From Collinsella sp. An307 (lineage in GTDB: Bacteria; Actinomycetota; Coriobacteriia; Coriobacteriales; Coriobacteriaceae), in the NCBI RefSeq assembly GCF_002161805.1, contig NZ_NFIP01000003.1:22341-46340 (forward strand): a stretch of 24,000 nt of DNA, given 5' to 3'. Below, in pieces: positions 14,114-21,664 of this stretch. The notes under the pieces were generated by a model, which was given only the letters and a program-made list of their open reading frames with translations, did no database searches and was not told the DNA's origin. Both the position numbers and the translations under genes were made by a program. Position 1 is the first letter of the stretch, and every line of letters starts with the position of its first letter.

Positions 14114-16654
14114 ATGGTTGATTTTAAAAAGATGGCAGCATCGCAGAACCCTACGCTGCGCATAAAGCCTGATGAGATTTTCGATAGGCTGCCGAAACCC
14201 CAATCCTTTGATGATTTACATAGCAGCCAGGCTGAGGTACTTGATGCATGGTTTGCTAACAGAAAAACGAAAGACACCGTTATCAAGCTTAATACGGGAG
14301 GCGGCAAAACCCTTATAGGCCTGCTGATTGCCCTCTCTAGTGCACGAGAGCTAAAACGTGGAGCATTGTACCTTGTCGACAACAAACAGCTTGTCCATCA
14401 AGTGTGCGAACAAGCAAGGACACTTGGAATACCCGCTTCCGAATATAACGGAAGGGGATCGCTTACTGCGGATTTCAGAAATGGCTCAACGATTCTCGTT
14501 GCCCATTATCAAGCCCTCTTTAACGGCAAGTCCTCCTTCGGCTTGGAAGGAGGACCCGAAGCCGAGGAAGTTTCAGTAATCATCATAGATGATGCACACT
14601 CTTCCTTTGACTCGGTTCGAAGCGCATTCACGGTGGAGATAAATGCATCGGATGCGCCTGGCTTATATCAAGAAGTTGCGACGCTCTTTCGCTCAAGCTT
14701 TGATGATATCGATAAAGTGTCAACTTTCGACGATTTCGTTTCTGGGACTCGCACAGCTGGCGAAGAGGTGCTGGAGGTCCCATTCTGGGCGTGGGAAAAG
14801 CATCGACAGAAGGTCGCCCGAAGCATTTCTGATTTCGCAGCATCAAATAAAAAAGGCACGCTTACGGCAAACTCTATAAGCTTTGGCTGGGATCTCATCA
14901 AAGACGATCTCAAGTACTGTCTTGCAACGCTGAGTCGTGACAGATTCTCAATTACTCCAATTCTTCCCCTTGTGGAGAAGTTTCCGACATTCGAAGAAGC
15001 ACCTAGAAGAGTGTACATGTCTGCAACGTTTGCTGACGAAAGTGCAATCGTTAGATCGTTTGGATGCAAGAAAGATGACATCAACGTCATCTCCCCCAAA
15101 ACACTTGCTGGTGTAGGGCGGAGGATGGTTCTCGAGATTGGGGCAAAAGAAGAGCTTCGAACCGCGCTCGTCGAGAAAATGATTGCCCTTGCGAAAGACA
15201 AAAAGGGCGTCGTAGTCCTCGAACCGAGCTTTGCAACTGCAGAGCAATGGGAACAATTGGGAATCCCCACTGTAAAAGGAAGCGAGGTTGTTCAGGCTGT
15301 AAACGCCCTGAAGGTAAGTAAGCTGGACACACCAATTGTATTTGCAAATCGATACAACGGTATTGACTTGCCAGGCGATGCATGCCGTATGCTTGTCGTC
15401 TCAGGCATCCCCAAGGGGATGTCCGATCACCATAAATTGATGTCGAAAATCCTAGTCCATAGCAAAGTCTATGCCCGCTCAATCGCCCAAAACATTGAGC
15501 AAGCAATGGGCAGAGGTACAAGGGGTTCGGGTGATTACTGTGTCGTTGCTTTGATTGGATTCGATCTTTGCGAGTGGGTTAATGACAACCGCCATGCTGT
15601 GTTCTTGACCCCTACAACAAGAGCCCAAATCGAATGCGGGCAAGGCATTATGAACGAAGTAAAGTCAGCAGAAGACTTCGTTGAGGTTATCGATCAGGGA
15701 GTCAATGACGACCCCGATTTTGCAGCCTATTTGTCAAGCTATGTGGCAGATAAGGTCAACGATTTTGAATTTGTTGACGACAGCATGCTCGAAGATTTTG
15801 CTCTCTGTGAAAGAAAAGCGCTAAACGAATGGCGCAAAGGCAGGAGTGGTCGAGCTGTCGAGCTCCTAAAACAATTTACGAATAGTGAAAATATAGACAA
15901 TTCAGTAAAGGGACTTGTCCTCCGCCTGGCAGCTCAAATTGCCTATTCGGATGACGATGTAGAGACTTCCAAAGAGCTACAGACTCGCGCAAACGGGCTC
16001 AACCGTTCACTTGCTAAGCCCATGTTCTCTAGCTCAGGCTCTGGCGTTAGCTTGCAAGCAAGAAAGATAATTGAATTCATTTCGCACCAAACTCGAAAAA
16101 GCAGCGATGTGTCGACGAAATTCGACACAGACTTGAAATCCTTATCGGAGCAATGCGATTCAAGAGAATTCGAATCAAAACTCGAGCTGCTGGGGAAATA
16201 CCTTGGTGCCAGCTCGAAACGTTACGACGATAACGGTGACGGACCCGACGTTGCCTGGGTTTTTGAAGAAGAGGATATTGCTTTTGCCTTTGAAGCAAAA
16301 AACGAAAAACTTTCGGATAATCCGCTCACGAAACAAGAGCATGGACAGCTTCAGGTCGCAAAAGAGTGGTTACGAGCTCAGTATCCAAAAATGAAATGTT
16401 TTGCAATATCTGTTCATCCAAATAATTTGGCATACAAGAATGCAAGTGCAGAATCAGCATTAGTGCTTACGCTTAATAAGCTTAACGGACTTGTAAAATC
16501 GATTGGTCAATTGATTGCGATCCTAAGTCATGGAACGCTTAATGAGAGAGGTCGATTGGCGGAATGCGAGATGCTAATCGACCAGCACAACCTTCGCCCC
16601 GACCAGATCCTTGATACCAGGGTTGAAACATTCATAGCTAAGGAACAAGGGTAG
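14114..16654 (+). CDS. SF2 DEAH-type (DinG/XPD-like) helicase fused to a C-terminal PD-(D/E)xK-like nuclease domain
   Basis: Helicase motifs seen: Q-like HSSQAEVL; I, LNTGGGKT; Ia, LYLVDNKQLVHQV; II, IIIDDAHS; III, YMSATF; Helicase_C_2-like ANRYNGIDLPGDACRMLVVSGIP; VI, QAMGRGTRGSGDYCVV. The C-terminal ~160 aa carry GPDVAWVFEEEDIAFAFEAKNEK (Asp 16247-16249; E-A-K 16292-16300). An AAGGA RBS is present. The gene is AT-rich relative to its flanks. Confidence 0.85.
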   Translation: MVDFKKMAASQNPTLRIKPDEIFDRLPKPQSFDDLHSSQAEVLDAWFANRKTKDTVIKLNTGGGKTLIGLLIALSSARELKRGALYLVDNKQLVHQVCEQARTLGIPASEYNGRGSLTADFRNGSTILVAHYQALFNGKSSFGLEGGPEAEEVSVIIIDDAHSSFDSVRSAFTVEINASDAPGLYQEVATLFRSSFDDIDKVSTFDDFVSGTRTAGEEVLEVPFWAWEKHRQKVARSISDFAASNKKGTLTANSISFGWDLIKDDLKYCLATLSRDRFSITPILPLVEKFPTFEEAPRRVYMSATFADESAIVRSFGCKKDDINVISPKTLAGVGRRMVLEIGAKEELRTALVEKMIALAKDKKGVVVLEPSFATAEQWEQLGIPTVKGSEVVQAVNALKVSKLDTPIVFANRYNGIDLPGDACRMLVVSGIPKGMSDHHKLMSKILVHSKVYARSIAQNIEQAMGRGTRGSGDYCVVALIGFDLCEWVNDNRHAVFLTPTTRAQIECGQGIMNEVKSAEDFVEVIDQGVNDDPDFAAYLSSYVADKVNDFEFVDDSMLEDFALCERKALNEWRKGRSGRAVELLKQFTNSENIDNSVKGLVLRLAAQIAYSDDDVETSKELQTRANGLNRSLAKPMFSSSGSGVSLQARKIIEFISHQTRKSSDVSTKFDTDLKSLSEQCDSREFESKLELLGKYLGASSKRYDDNGDGPDVAWVFEEEDIAFAFEAKNEKLSDNPLTKQEHGQLQVAKEWLRAQYPKMKCFAISVHPNNLAYKNASAESALVLTLNKLNGLVKSIGQLIAILSHGTLNERGRLAECEMLIDQHNLRPDQILDTRVETFIAKEQG

Positions 16655-16885
16655 TCTCGTTGTGGATTCCTCGCCAAAACCGAGCGTATTAAAGCGCTTG
16701 AGATGTTTTTCAATCTTGGTCATTACAACGGCTGATCTTAGTTTTCAGAAGAGACAACTGCTGGATAACGGATACCCAGAAGTTTTGGCGGCATCCATCC
16801 ATGCCAACATCCCCGAGTTCATGCAGGAGGGGAGGACCTTCTAGGTGAGATGGAGATCGGCTGTTGACGAGCGGCGCAATAGATG

Positions 16886-16917
16886 GCGGTGTCGGTTTCA
16901 GGCGGAACCGGCACCGC
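16886..16917. repeat. Third copy of the yjdF-downstream hairpin
   Basis: A 12-bp stem (GCGGTGTCGGTT/AACCGGCACCGC, with one G-T pair) whose 5' loop junction, GGTTTCA, matches copies A and B. It lies 30 nt from the yjdF remnant stop; copy B lies 27 nt from its yjdF stop. TTTT follows on the + strand. Confidence 0.5.
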
Positions 16918-16946
16918 TTTTGTGTGAGGCTTGCTGCAAATGGCGA

Positions 16947-16985
16947 TCAGTGCCCGCGATGCTTCTGCTTGCGCTCCGGTACCGT
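16947..16985 (-). pseudogene. Last ~10 codons of a second yjdF/DUF2992 gene
   Basis: ...ERKQKHRGH* (stop 16949-16947). The nucleotide string TGCCCGCGATGCTTCTGCTTGCGCT is nearly identical to 5959-5983 at the 3' end of the intact yjdF. The rest of the gene is replaced by the IS256-family end. Confidence 0.55.
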
Positions 16986-17037
16986 CAAGATCCTTGCGCA
17001 CTTTCCGACAGCCTAACTGACCCGCCTTCCGGTACGG

Positions 17038-17931
17038 CTACTCATCCAGCAGAGTCACGTCCAGGTAGCGCCGGGAGCCCCAGGAGCTCTCCGCAACGTA
17101 CTTGAGCCTCGCGGTCACGAGCATGAGGGCCGACCTGCCGTCGGGGAAGGTGCCGACCACGCGCGTGCGTCTGCGAATCTCGCGGTTGAGGCGCTCGATG
17201 GCGTTGTTGGTCCTGATCCTCCGCCAGTGCTCGCGGGGGAACCTGGCGTACGTCAGCGTCTCGGCGCAGCCGTCCCTGACGACCATGGCGGCCTCCCTGA
17301 GCTTGGACTTCTCGAGTTCGGATGCAACCTCGAGGGCCTTGGCCTCGGCGGCCTCGGGCGACTCCATCGCGTGGATCGCCTTCAGCATGGCGGCGACCCT
17401 CGGGCGCCTGGTCTTCGGCACCCTCGCCAGAACGTTTCTGTAGAAGTGGACCGTGCAGCGCTGGTAGGCGGCCTCCGGGAAGACCTCGGCGATCGACCCC
17501 ACCATGCCGGCGGCCTTGTCGCCCGTGAACATGCGAACCCCGCGCAGGCCGCGCGACCTCAGCCGGGAGAGGAACTCCCGCCAGCACTCCGAGGACTCCG
17601 TGAAGCCCTCGGCCGCGCCTATGACCTCGCGGTAGCCGTCGTCGTTGACACCTATCGCCACCATCACGGCCACGTTCTCGTAGGAGCCTCCCCAGCTGCG
17701 CTTGAGGTAGATTCCGTCCACGTAGACGTAGGGGTACGCCCGCTCGAGGGGCCTGTTCCTCCACGCCTCCACGGCCTCGAACGCCCTCTCGTTGAGGTTG
17801 GAGACGGTCGCCGCGGACACCGACGACCCCCACAGGATCTCGCTCACGTCCTCAATCCTGCGCGTCGAGACGCCGGCGAGGTACATCTCTATCATGGCCT
17901 CCTCGACGCTGGTCTCCCGGCGCCGGTAACG
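17038..17931 (-). pseudogene. IS256-family (Mutator-type) transposase, C-terminal ~3/4, disrupted
   Basis: ...YRRRETSVEEAMIEMYLAGVSTRRIEDV...YVYVDGIYLKRSWGG...VAIGVNDDGYREVIG...CTVHFYRNVL...TNNAIERLNREIRRRTRVVGTFPD are hallmark IS256 transposase blocks. The frame is contiguous with 19879-20151 once the IS21 element is removed. Confidence 0.85.
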
Positions 17932-18035
17932 TGAGTATTTGCCCCTTTTGATACCGTCTGATATTGCGATCTGATACCGGCGGCATCGCGAGTCGATACC
18001 GCCGGCGTCTTCGATAGGTACCGGTGAGGCGCGCC

Positions 18036-18122
18036 CTATTCGAAACCGGCCCCCAGCTTCCTCCTCATGTTCATCTCGCCCATGTCGCGCAGCTTCCTCT
18101 TGGTCTCCGTCGAGAGCTCCAT
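18036..18122 (-). pseudogene. istB: istB stub (28 codons)
   Basis: The ATG lies 4 nt after the istA stop. MELSTETKRKLRDMG... then runs into terminal-repeat DNA and stops. No Walker A ATPase domain is present. Confidence 0.4.
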
Positions 18123-18126
18123 CGCC

Positions 18127-19689
18127 CTACACCTCCCCGTAGAAGTCCGCGCCGCGCACGTAGCCGGCCTCGTCGTCGCCGGGGCCGCCGTCGTCGCCGG
18201 GCCGCGCCCCGGCTGCCAGGTCCTGGCCGGTCTCCAGTATCGGCTTCAGGTGCTTGTACCTGGGAGACGGCCTGCCCGAGGCCAGCGCCATCTGGCAGGC
18301 GCGCTCGAGCCTGGGCCTGGTGTAGCGGTGCTCGAGCCTGAGCGCCGCGAGGGCCGCGTTGAAGCCCTGCTCCTCGTAGTCCACTCGTTGGAAGATGCGG
18401 TCCACCACCTCCCTGCAGGACGGGCCGACGCGGTCCGCCCACCTCCTTATGCGCCCGGCGTCCCAATCGGAGTACGACCTCCCCACGGGCAGGTCGCCGG
18501 CGTGCGTCGAGTAGCGGTTCCGGGCGTAGGCCGGGAACAGCGGATGCGTGGCGCGCCGCTCGCCTCCGAGGAAGACCTCCACCGTCGAGTCCGTGACCCT
18601 CAGGTCGACCGTCCTCCCGACCGCGAGATGGCTCACGGAATAGTAGTTGCGCCTGTAGGCGACGTGGCGGTTGCGCTGGACCTTGCGACCGTAGACCCAC
18701 TCGCAGACCTCGTAGGGGACGGCGGGGAGCGGGTGGAGCAGCGGCTCCTCCTGCTCCTCGAAGACCTGTCGGCGCGTTCCCTCGCGCTTGGCGAAGGGGC
18801 GCGCGTTGTGCTCCTCCAGTCGCTCCGCCACGGCCCTCTTGAGCTCGTTGAAGTCGGTGAACACGGTGTCGCGCAGGGCCGCGATGATCTCCAGTGCGGC
18901 CTGCCAGACCTCGCTTTCCGCGCTCGGCTTGTCGCGAGGGGTCGCGACGCGTGCCGGCATCACGGCCGAGCCGTAGTGGGCCGCCATCTCCCGGTACGCG
19001 CCGTTGGGCACGACCTCGCCCTCGCGGGGATGGCTCTTGACCCCGGTCTTCAGGTTGTCGGGCACGATGCAGGGCGTCGAGCCGCCGAGGTAGGCGAACG
19101 CGTGCACGTGGCAGCGGAGCCATGTATCCTGCTTCATGTCCAGCGTCGGCTCGACGTAGGACATCCGGCTGAAGGGCAGGCAGGCCACGAACAGGTAGAC
19201 CTTGGAGACCTCGCCCGTCGCGGGATCGACGAGCCGCATCGTCGGCCCGGCCCAGTCGACCTCCATGATGCGCCCGGCCTTGTGCCCGACCCGGCTCACC
19301 ACCTGCTTTCTCACCGTGAACTCCCGGTAGCGCTTGCAGAACCGGCCGTAGGACATGAAGGGCTCGCCCTTCGACCTCGCATCGTCGCGGTACTCCTCGT
19401 GCAGCCGCTTCAGCGTGACGCCGACCCGGGCGAGCTCGCGGTGCACGCGGTCCCAGTCGGGGTCGCGGTAGACGGGCCCCTCATGCACCCTCTCGGGGAA
19501 CAGCAGCGCGTAGGCCTCCGCGTCCGACATCCCCTCGACGTCCTCCCAGGCGACGCCCCTCTCGTCGGCGGCGTGGAACGTGTCGACCACGCTCGTCTTG
19601 GAGACCGGCTGCGTCCGCGCTATCACGGTCGCCGACAGCCCCGATGCCCTGAGCCTCAGTATCTCCCTCACGGGTATCCTTCTCGCCAT
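18127..19689 (-). CDS. istA: IS21-family transposase IstA
   Basis: Start at MARRIPVREILRLRASGLSATVIARTQPVSKTSV (HTH), with an AAGGAGG RBS. The DDE core region has ...MEVDWAGPTM...VYLFVACLPFSRMSYVE...PDNLKTGV. The length (520 aa) is typical. Confidence 0.9.
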   Translation of the reverse strand: MARRIPVREILRLRASGLSATVIARTQPVSKTSVVDTFHAADERGVAWEDVEGMSDAEAYALLFPERVHEGPVYRDPDWDRVHRELARVGVTLKRLHEEYRDDARSKGEPFMSYGRFCKRYREFTVRKQVVSRVGHKAGRIMEVDWAGPTMRLVDPATGEVSKVYLFVACLPFSRMSYVEPTLDMKQDTWLRCHVHAFAYLGGSTPCIVPDNLKTGVKSHPREGEVVPNGAYREMAAHYGSAVMPARVATPRDKPSAESEVWQAALEIIAALRDTVFTDFNELKRAVAERLEEHNARPFAKREGTRRQVFEEQEEPLLHPLPAVPYEVCEWVYGRKVQRNRHVAYRRNYYSVSHLAVGRTVDLRVTDSTVEVFLGGERRATHPLFPAYARNRYSTHAGDLPVGRSYSDWDAGRIRRWADRVGPSCREVVDRIFQRVDYEEQGFNAALAALRLEHRYTRPRLERACQMALASGRPSPRYKHLKPILETGQDLAAGARPGDDGGPGDDEAGYVRGADFYGEV

Positions 19690-19878
19690 GCCCGATACCT
19701 CCTTGTCTCGCTGGAACACATGGCGCTGCGAGCGTAGCGCTGGCGCGATGCCGCGGCGCGGTGGCATCTGCGGCCGGTATCGAGGCGGAATATCGGTGGT
19801 ATCGAAAGGGAATATCTGCGTGGGCGCGAGGCGGTATCGATTCGTGCTACACCCGGTACCGAGAAGGACGATTACTCA

Positions 19879-20151
19879 GTAGCGCTCGATGATCGCCGTG
19901 GTGAAGCGCATCCCCTTGAGCTTTGGCATGCGGATCGTGACCTCGCCGGACGTCGTCGTGAGCTTGCGCTCGTAATGGCCGGCGCGGTACGCCTCGCGAT
20001 CAGCCGTCCGCTCGTAGCGCTCCGCGCCGACCAGGTCGTCGGCCTCCTCGTCCAGGAGGCCGTTGAGCATCTCCTCGACGGTCCTCCTGACGAGCTCGCG
20101 CAGGTCGGCCCTCAGCGACTCCTCGTTCAAAGATACAATGGAATCGGGCAT
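19879..20151 (-). pseudogene. IS256-family transposase, N-terminal ~90 codons, disrupted
   Basis: MPDSIVSLNEESLRADLRELVRRTVEEMLNGLLDEEADDLVGAERYERTADREAYRAGHYERKL.TTSGEVTIRMPKLKG is the canonical IS256 transposase N-terminus. The TGA stop is contributed by the first bases of the inserted IS21 element. Confidence 0.85.
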
Positions 20152-20259
20152 GGTCTACCTCCAATATGCTTCTTGTCTAGGCAACTCGAATCATACCGGG
20201 GCGGGCCGTGCCCTCCTTTCTTACCTGGACGCTATTCCGCTGTCAAAGTGCGCAAGAAA

Positions 20260-20658
20260 TTGTACGTTACCCTCTCCTTCATCGATGACTCGGAGCGCGC
20301 GGGCAAGGGCGTTTGTATGGTCGGCGACGGCGTCAACGACGCGCCTGCGCTCAAGCGCGCGCTTGTGGGCATCGCCATGGGAGGCGTCGGCAGCGATATC
20401 GCCGTTGACGCGGCGGACATCGCACTCGTGAACGATGACATCGCCGAGCTGCCGCACCTCCTGCGCCTCTCCCGCCGCATGATGACGACCATCAAGATCA
20501 ACCTCACGTTCTCGATGACGCTCAACTTCATCGCGATCGCGCTCGCCATCTCGGGCGTCCTGAACCCTGTGGTGGGCGCCCTCGTGCACAACGCGGGCTC
20601 GGTGCTCGTTATCGTCAACTCCGCGCTTCTACTGGGATGGAAGCCGCGCGTTCGGTAA
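20260..20658 (+). pseudogene. Heavy-metal P-type ATPase, C-terminal fragment (about 130 codons)
   Basis: VCMVGDGVNDAPALKRALVGIAMG..GSDIAVDAADIALVNDD is the hinge motif, followed by the last two TM helices. The fragment begins exactly at the IS256 end and has no start codon or N-terminal domains. Confidence 0.8.
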
Positions 20659-20735
20659 GGCTGCTAGGGGCGGTATTCGGCCTAGCGGCGAGCTTGATGA
20701 TTGACGCTTACGAGGCGTCGCTGTAGAAGCATCCG

Positions 20736-21617
20736 TTACCACCGGGCGAGAAACGCGAGCGTCTGGGTGAAGGCGTCCTCGCGGCTTTGCCGGCATGCTT
20801 CGGGGTGGGCGCGCTCGACGCGGAAGAGCCTGAGCGAGGGTGTCTCCATGGGCACGAGGATGTGGCTCGCGTACTCGTAGGAGCGTCGCGTGATCTCGAA
20901 GGGATGGGCATGCTCGGCGAGGCGCTGCTCGACGATCCGACAGGCCTCGTCGCTCGGCCACATGGCGTCATGCGATGGGCTGGCGAGAAGGACGGGCCCG
21001 TTGATGCGCTCCACGGCAATCCAGGCATCGTCGGGCGCGCGCTCAACGATCCGCTCGTAGACGAAGCGCATGTCGAGCTGGCGCTCGGCGACGATACGGC
21101 GGATGATGCCGAGGTAGGGGAGCCTCCCGCCGCCCGGCGCGCAGGGCACGGGCTCGCCGCGCCAGGTCCAGCTCGAGCGGTCGCTCAGGCCCTTGCCGGC
21201 AATGCTTTTGTTGCCAGTGATGCCCGGCATGGCGCAGGCGAGCGGGGAGATGGCGACGACGCAGGTGATCTGAGGCATGAGCGAGGCGGCGAGAAGCGCA
21301 AGCTCGCCGCCCTTGGAGATGCCGTAGATTCCCACGCGGTCAAAGCCACGCTGGCGGAGATGGGCGACGGCACGCTCGATTGGCTCGATCGGCACCTCGA
21401 TGAGCTCGTCGGGGAGTCCCGGCACGTTCCAGTAGCACAGGCCGAGCGCCGCGATGCCCTCCCGTGCGAAACGCGCACCGAGGTTGCGCGGGATGTTCTC
21501 GTTGCCCTCGCTGCCGCCGAGCACGATGAGCGCCTTGCCGGAGTACGCTTCAACGTGCCGCTCCGGCAAGTGGAGGAATCCGAAGAAGCCGTCTTGCTCG
21601 ACGGTGAACCGTTCCAT
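20736..21617 (-). CDS. Alpha/beta hydrolase, BAAT/acyl-CoA thioesterase C-terminal-like (dienelactone hydrolase fold)
   Basis: ALIVLGGSEGN, the nucleophile elbow GISKGG, and the overall length match the fold. The start is either ATG 21617 or GTG 21644. The gene lies 20-47 nt downstream of the ATPase stop, so co-transcription is likely. Confidence 0.7.
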   Translation of the reverse strand: MERFTVEQDGFFGFLHLPERHVEAYSGKALIVLGGSEGNENIPRNLGARFAREGIAALGLCYWNVPGLPDELIEVPIEPIERAVAHLRQRGFDRVGIYGISKGGELALLAASLMPQITCVVAISPLACAMPGITGNKSIAGKGLSDRSSWTWRGEPVPCAPGGGRLPYLGIIRRIVAERQLDMRFVYERIVERAPDDAWIAVERINGPVLLASPSHDAMWPSDEACRIVEQRLAEHAHPFEITRRSYEYASHILVPMETPSLRLFRVERAHPEACRQSREDAFTQTLAFLARW

Positions 21618-21664
21618 GTCCCACTTCCCAACGACAGGCCCCACAGCGGACCGTTTGATGCTTC

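Larger units (their letters stand above)
17932..19878 (-). mobile_element. IS21-family element lacking most of istB
   Basis: The ends are TGAGTATTTGCCC (17932-) and the reverse complement of ...19878, TGAGTAATCGTCC. Both ends carry multiple subterminal GATACC/GGTATC repeats. The flanks are GTAACG (17926-17931) and GTAGCG (19879-19884). Total length is 1947 bp, with a full istA but only a 28-codon istB stub. Confidence 0.75.
16992..20258 (-). mobile_element. IS256-family element carrying a nested IS21-family insertion
   Basis: Terminal inverted repeats: CTTGCGCACTTTCCGACAGC at 16994-17013, versus the reverse complement of 20238-20255, CTTGCGCACTTTGACAGC. The transposase reading frame is split at 17931/19879. 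I see no matching direct repeats outside the ends. Confidence 0.75.

Noticed and set aside
14668-15521. Antisense ORFs within the helicase gene (200, 144 and 102 aa)
   Set aside because: They lie inside a continuous 846-codon ORF with ordered SF2 motifs. They have no RBS and no recognisable domains.
16662-16844. 60-aa GTG-start ORF just downstream of the helicase-nuclease, as a possible partner gene
   Set aside because: It has no RBS and an odd composition. It lies in a stretch that looks like decayed DNA between the helicase stop and the yjdF remnant. It could still be a remnant of a lost partner, but there is no support from the sequence.
17042-17934. A 263-aa alternative-frame ORF (-) and a 235-aa ORF (+) inside the IS256 transposase region
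   Set aside because: The frame 17038-17931 carries the canonical IS256 transposase blocks. The others are Arg/Gly-rich shadows.
18067-19737. 556-aa ORF on the + strand, plus a 350-aa alternative-frame ORF at 18071-19123 (-)
   Set aside because: Both lie entirely within the istA gene (18127-19689, -), which has clear IS21 transposase motifs. Their products are Arg/Ala/Pro/Gly-rich low-complexity shadows typical of GC-rich DNA.
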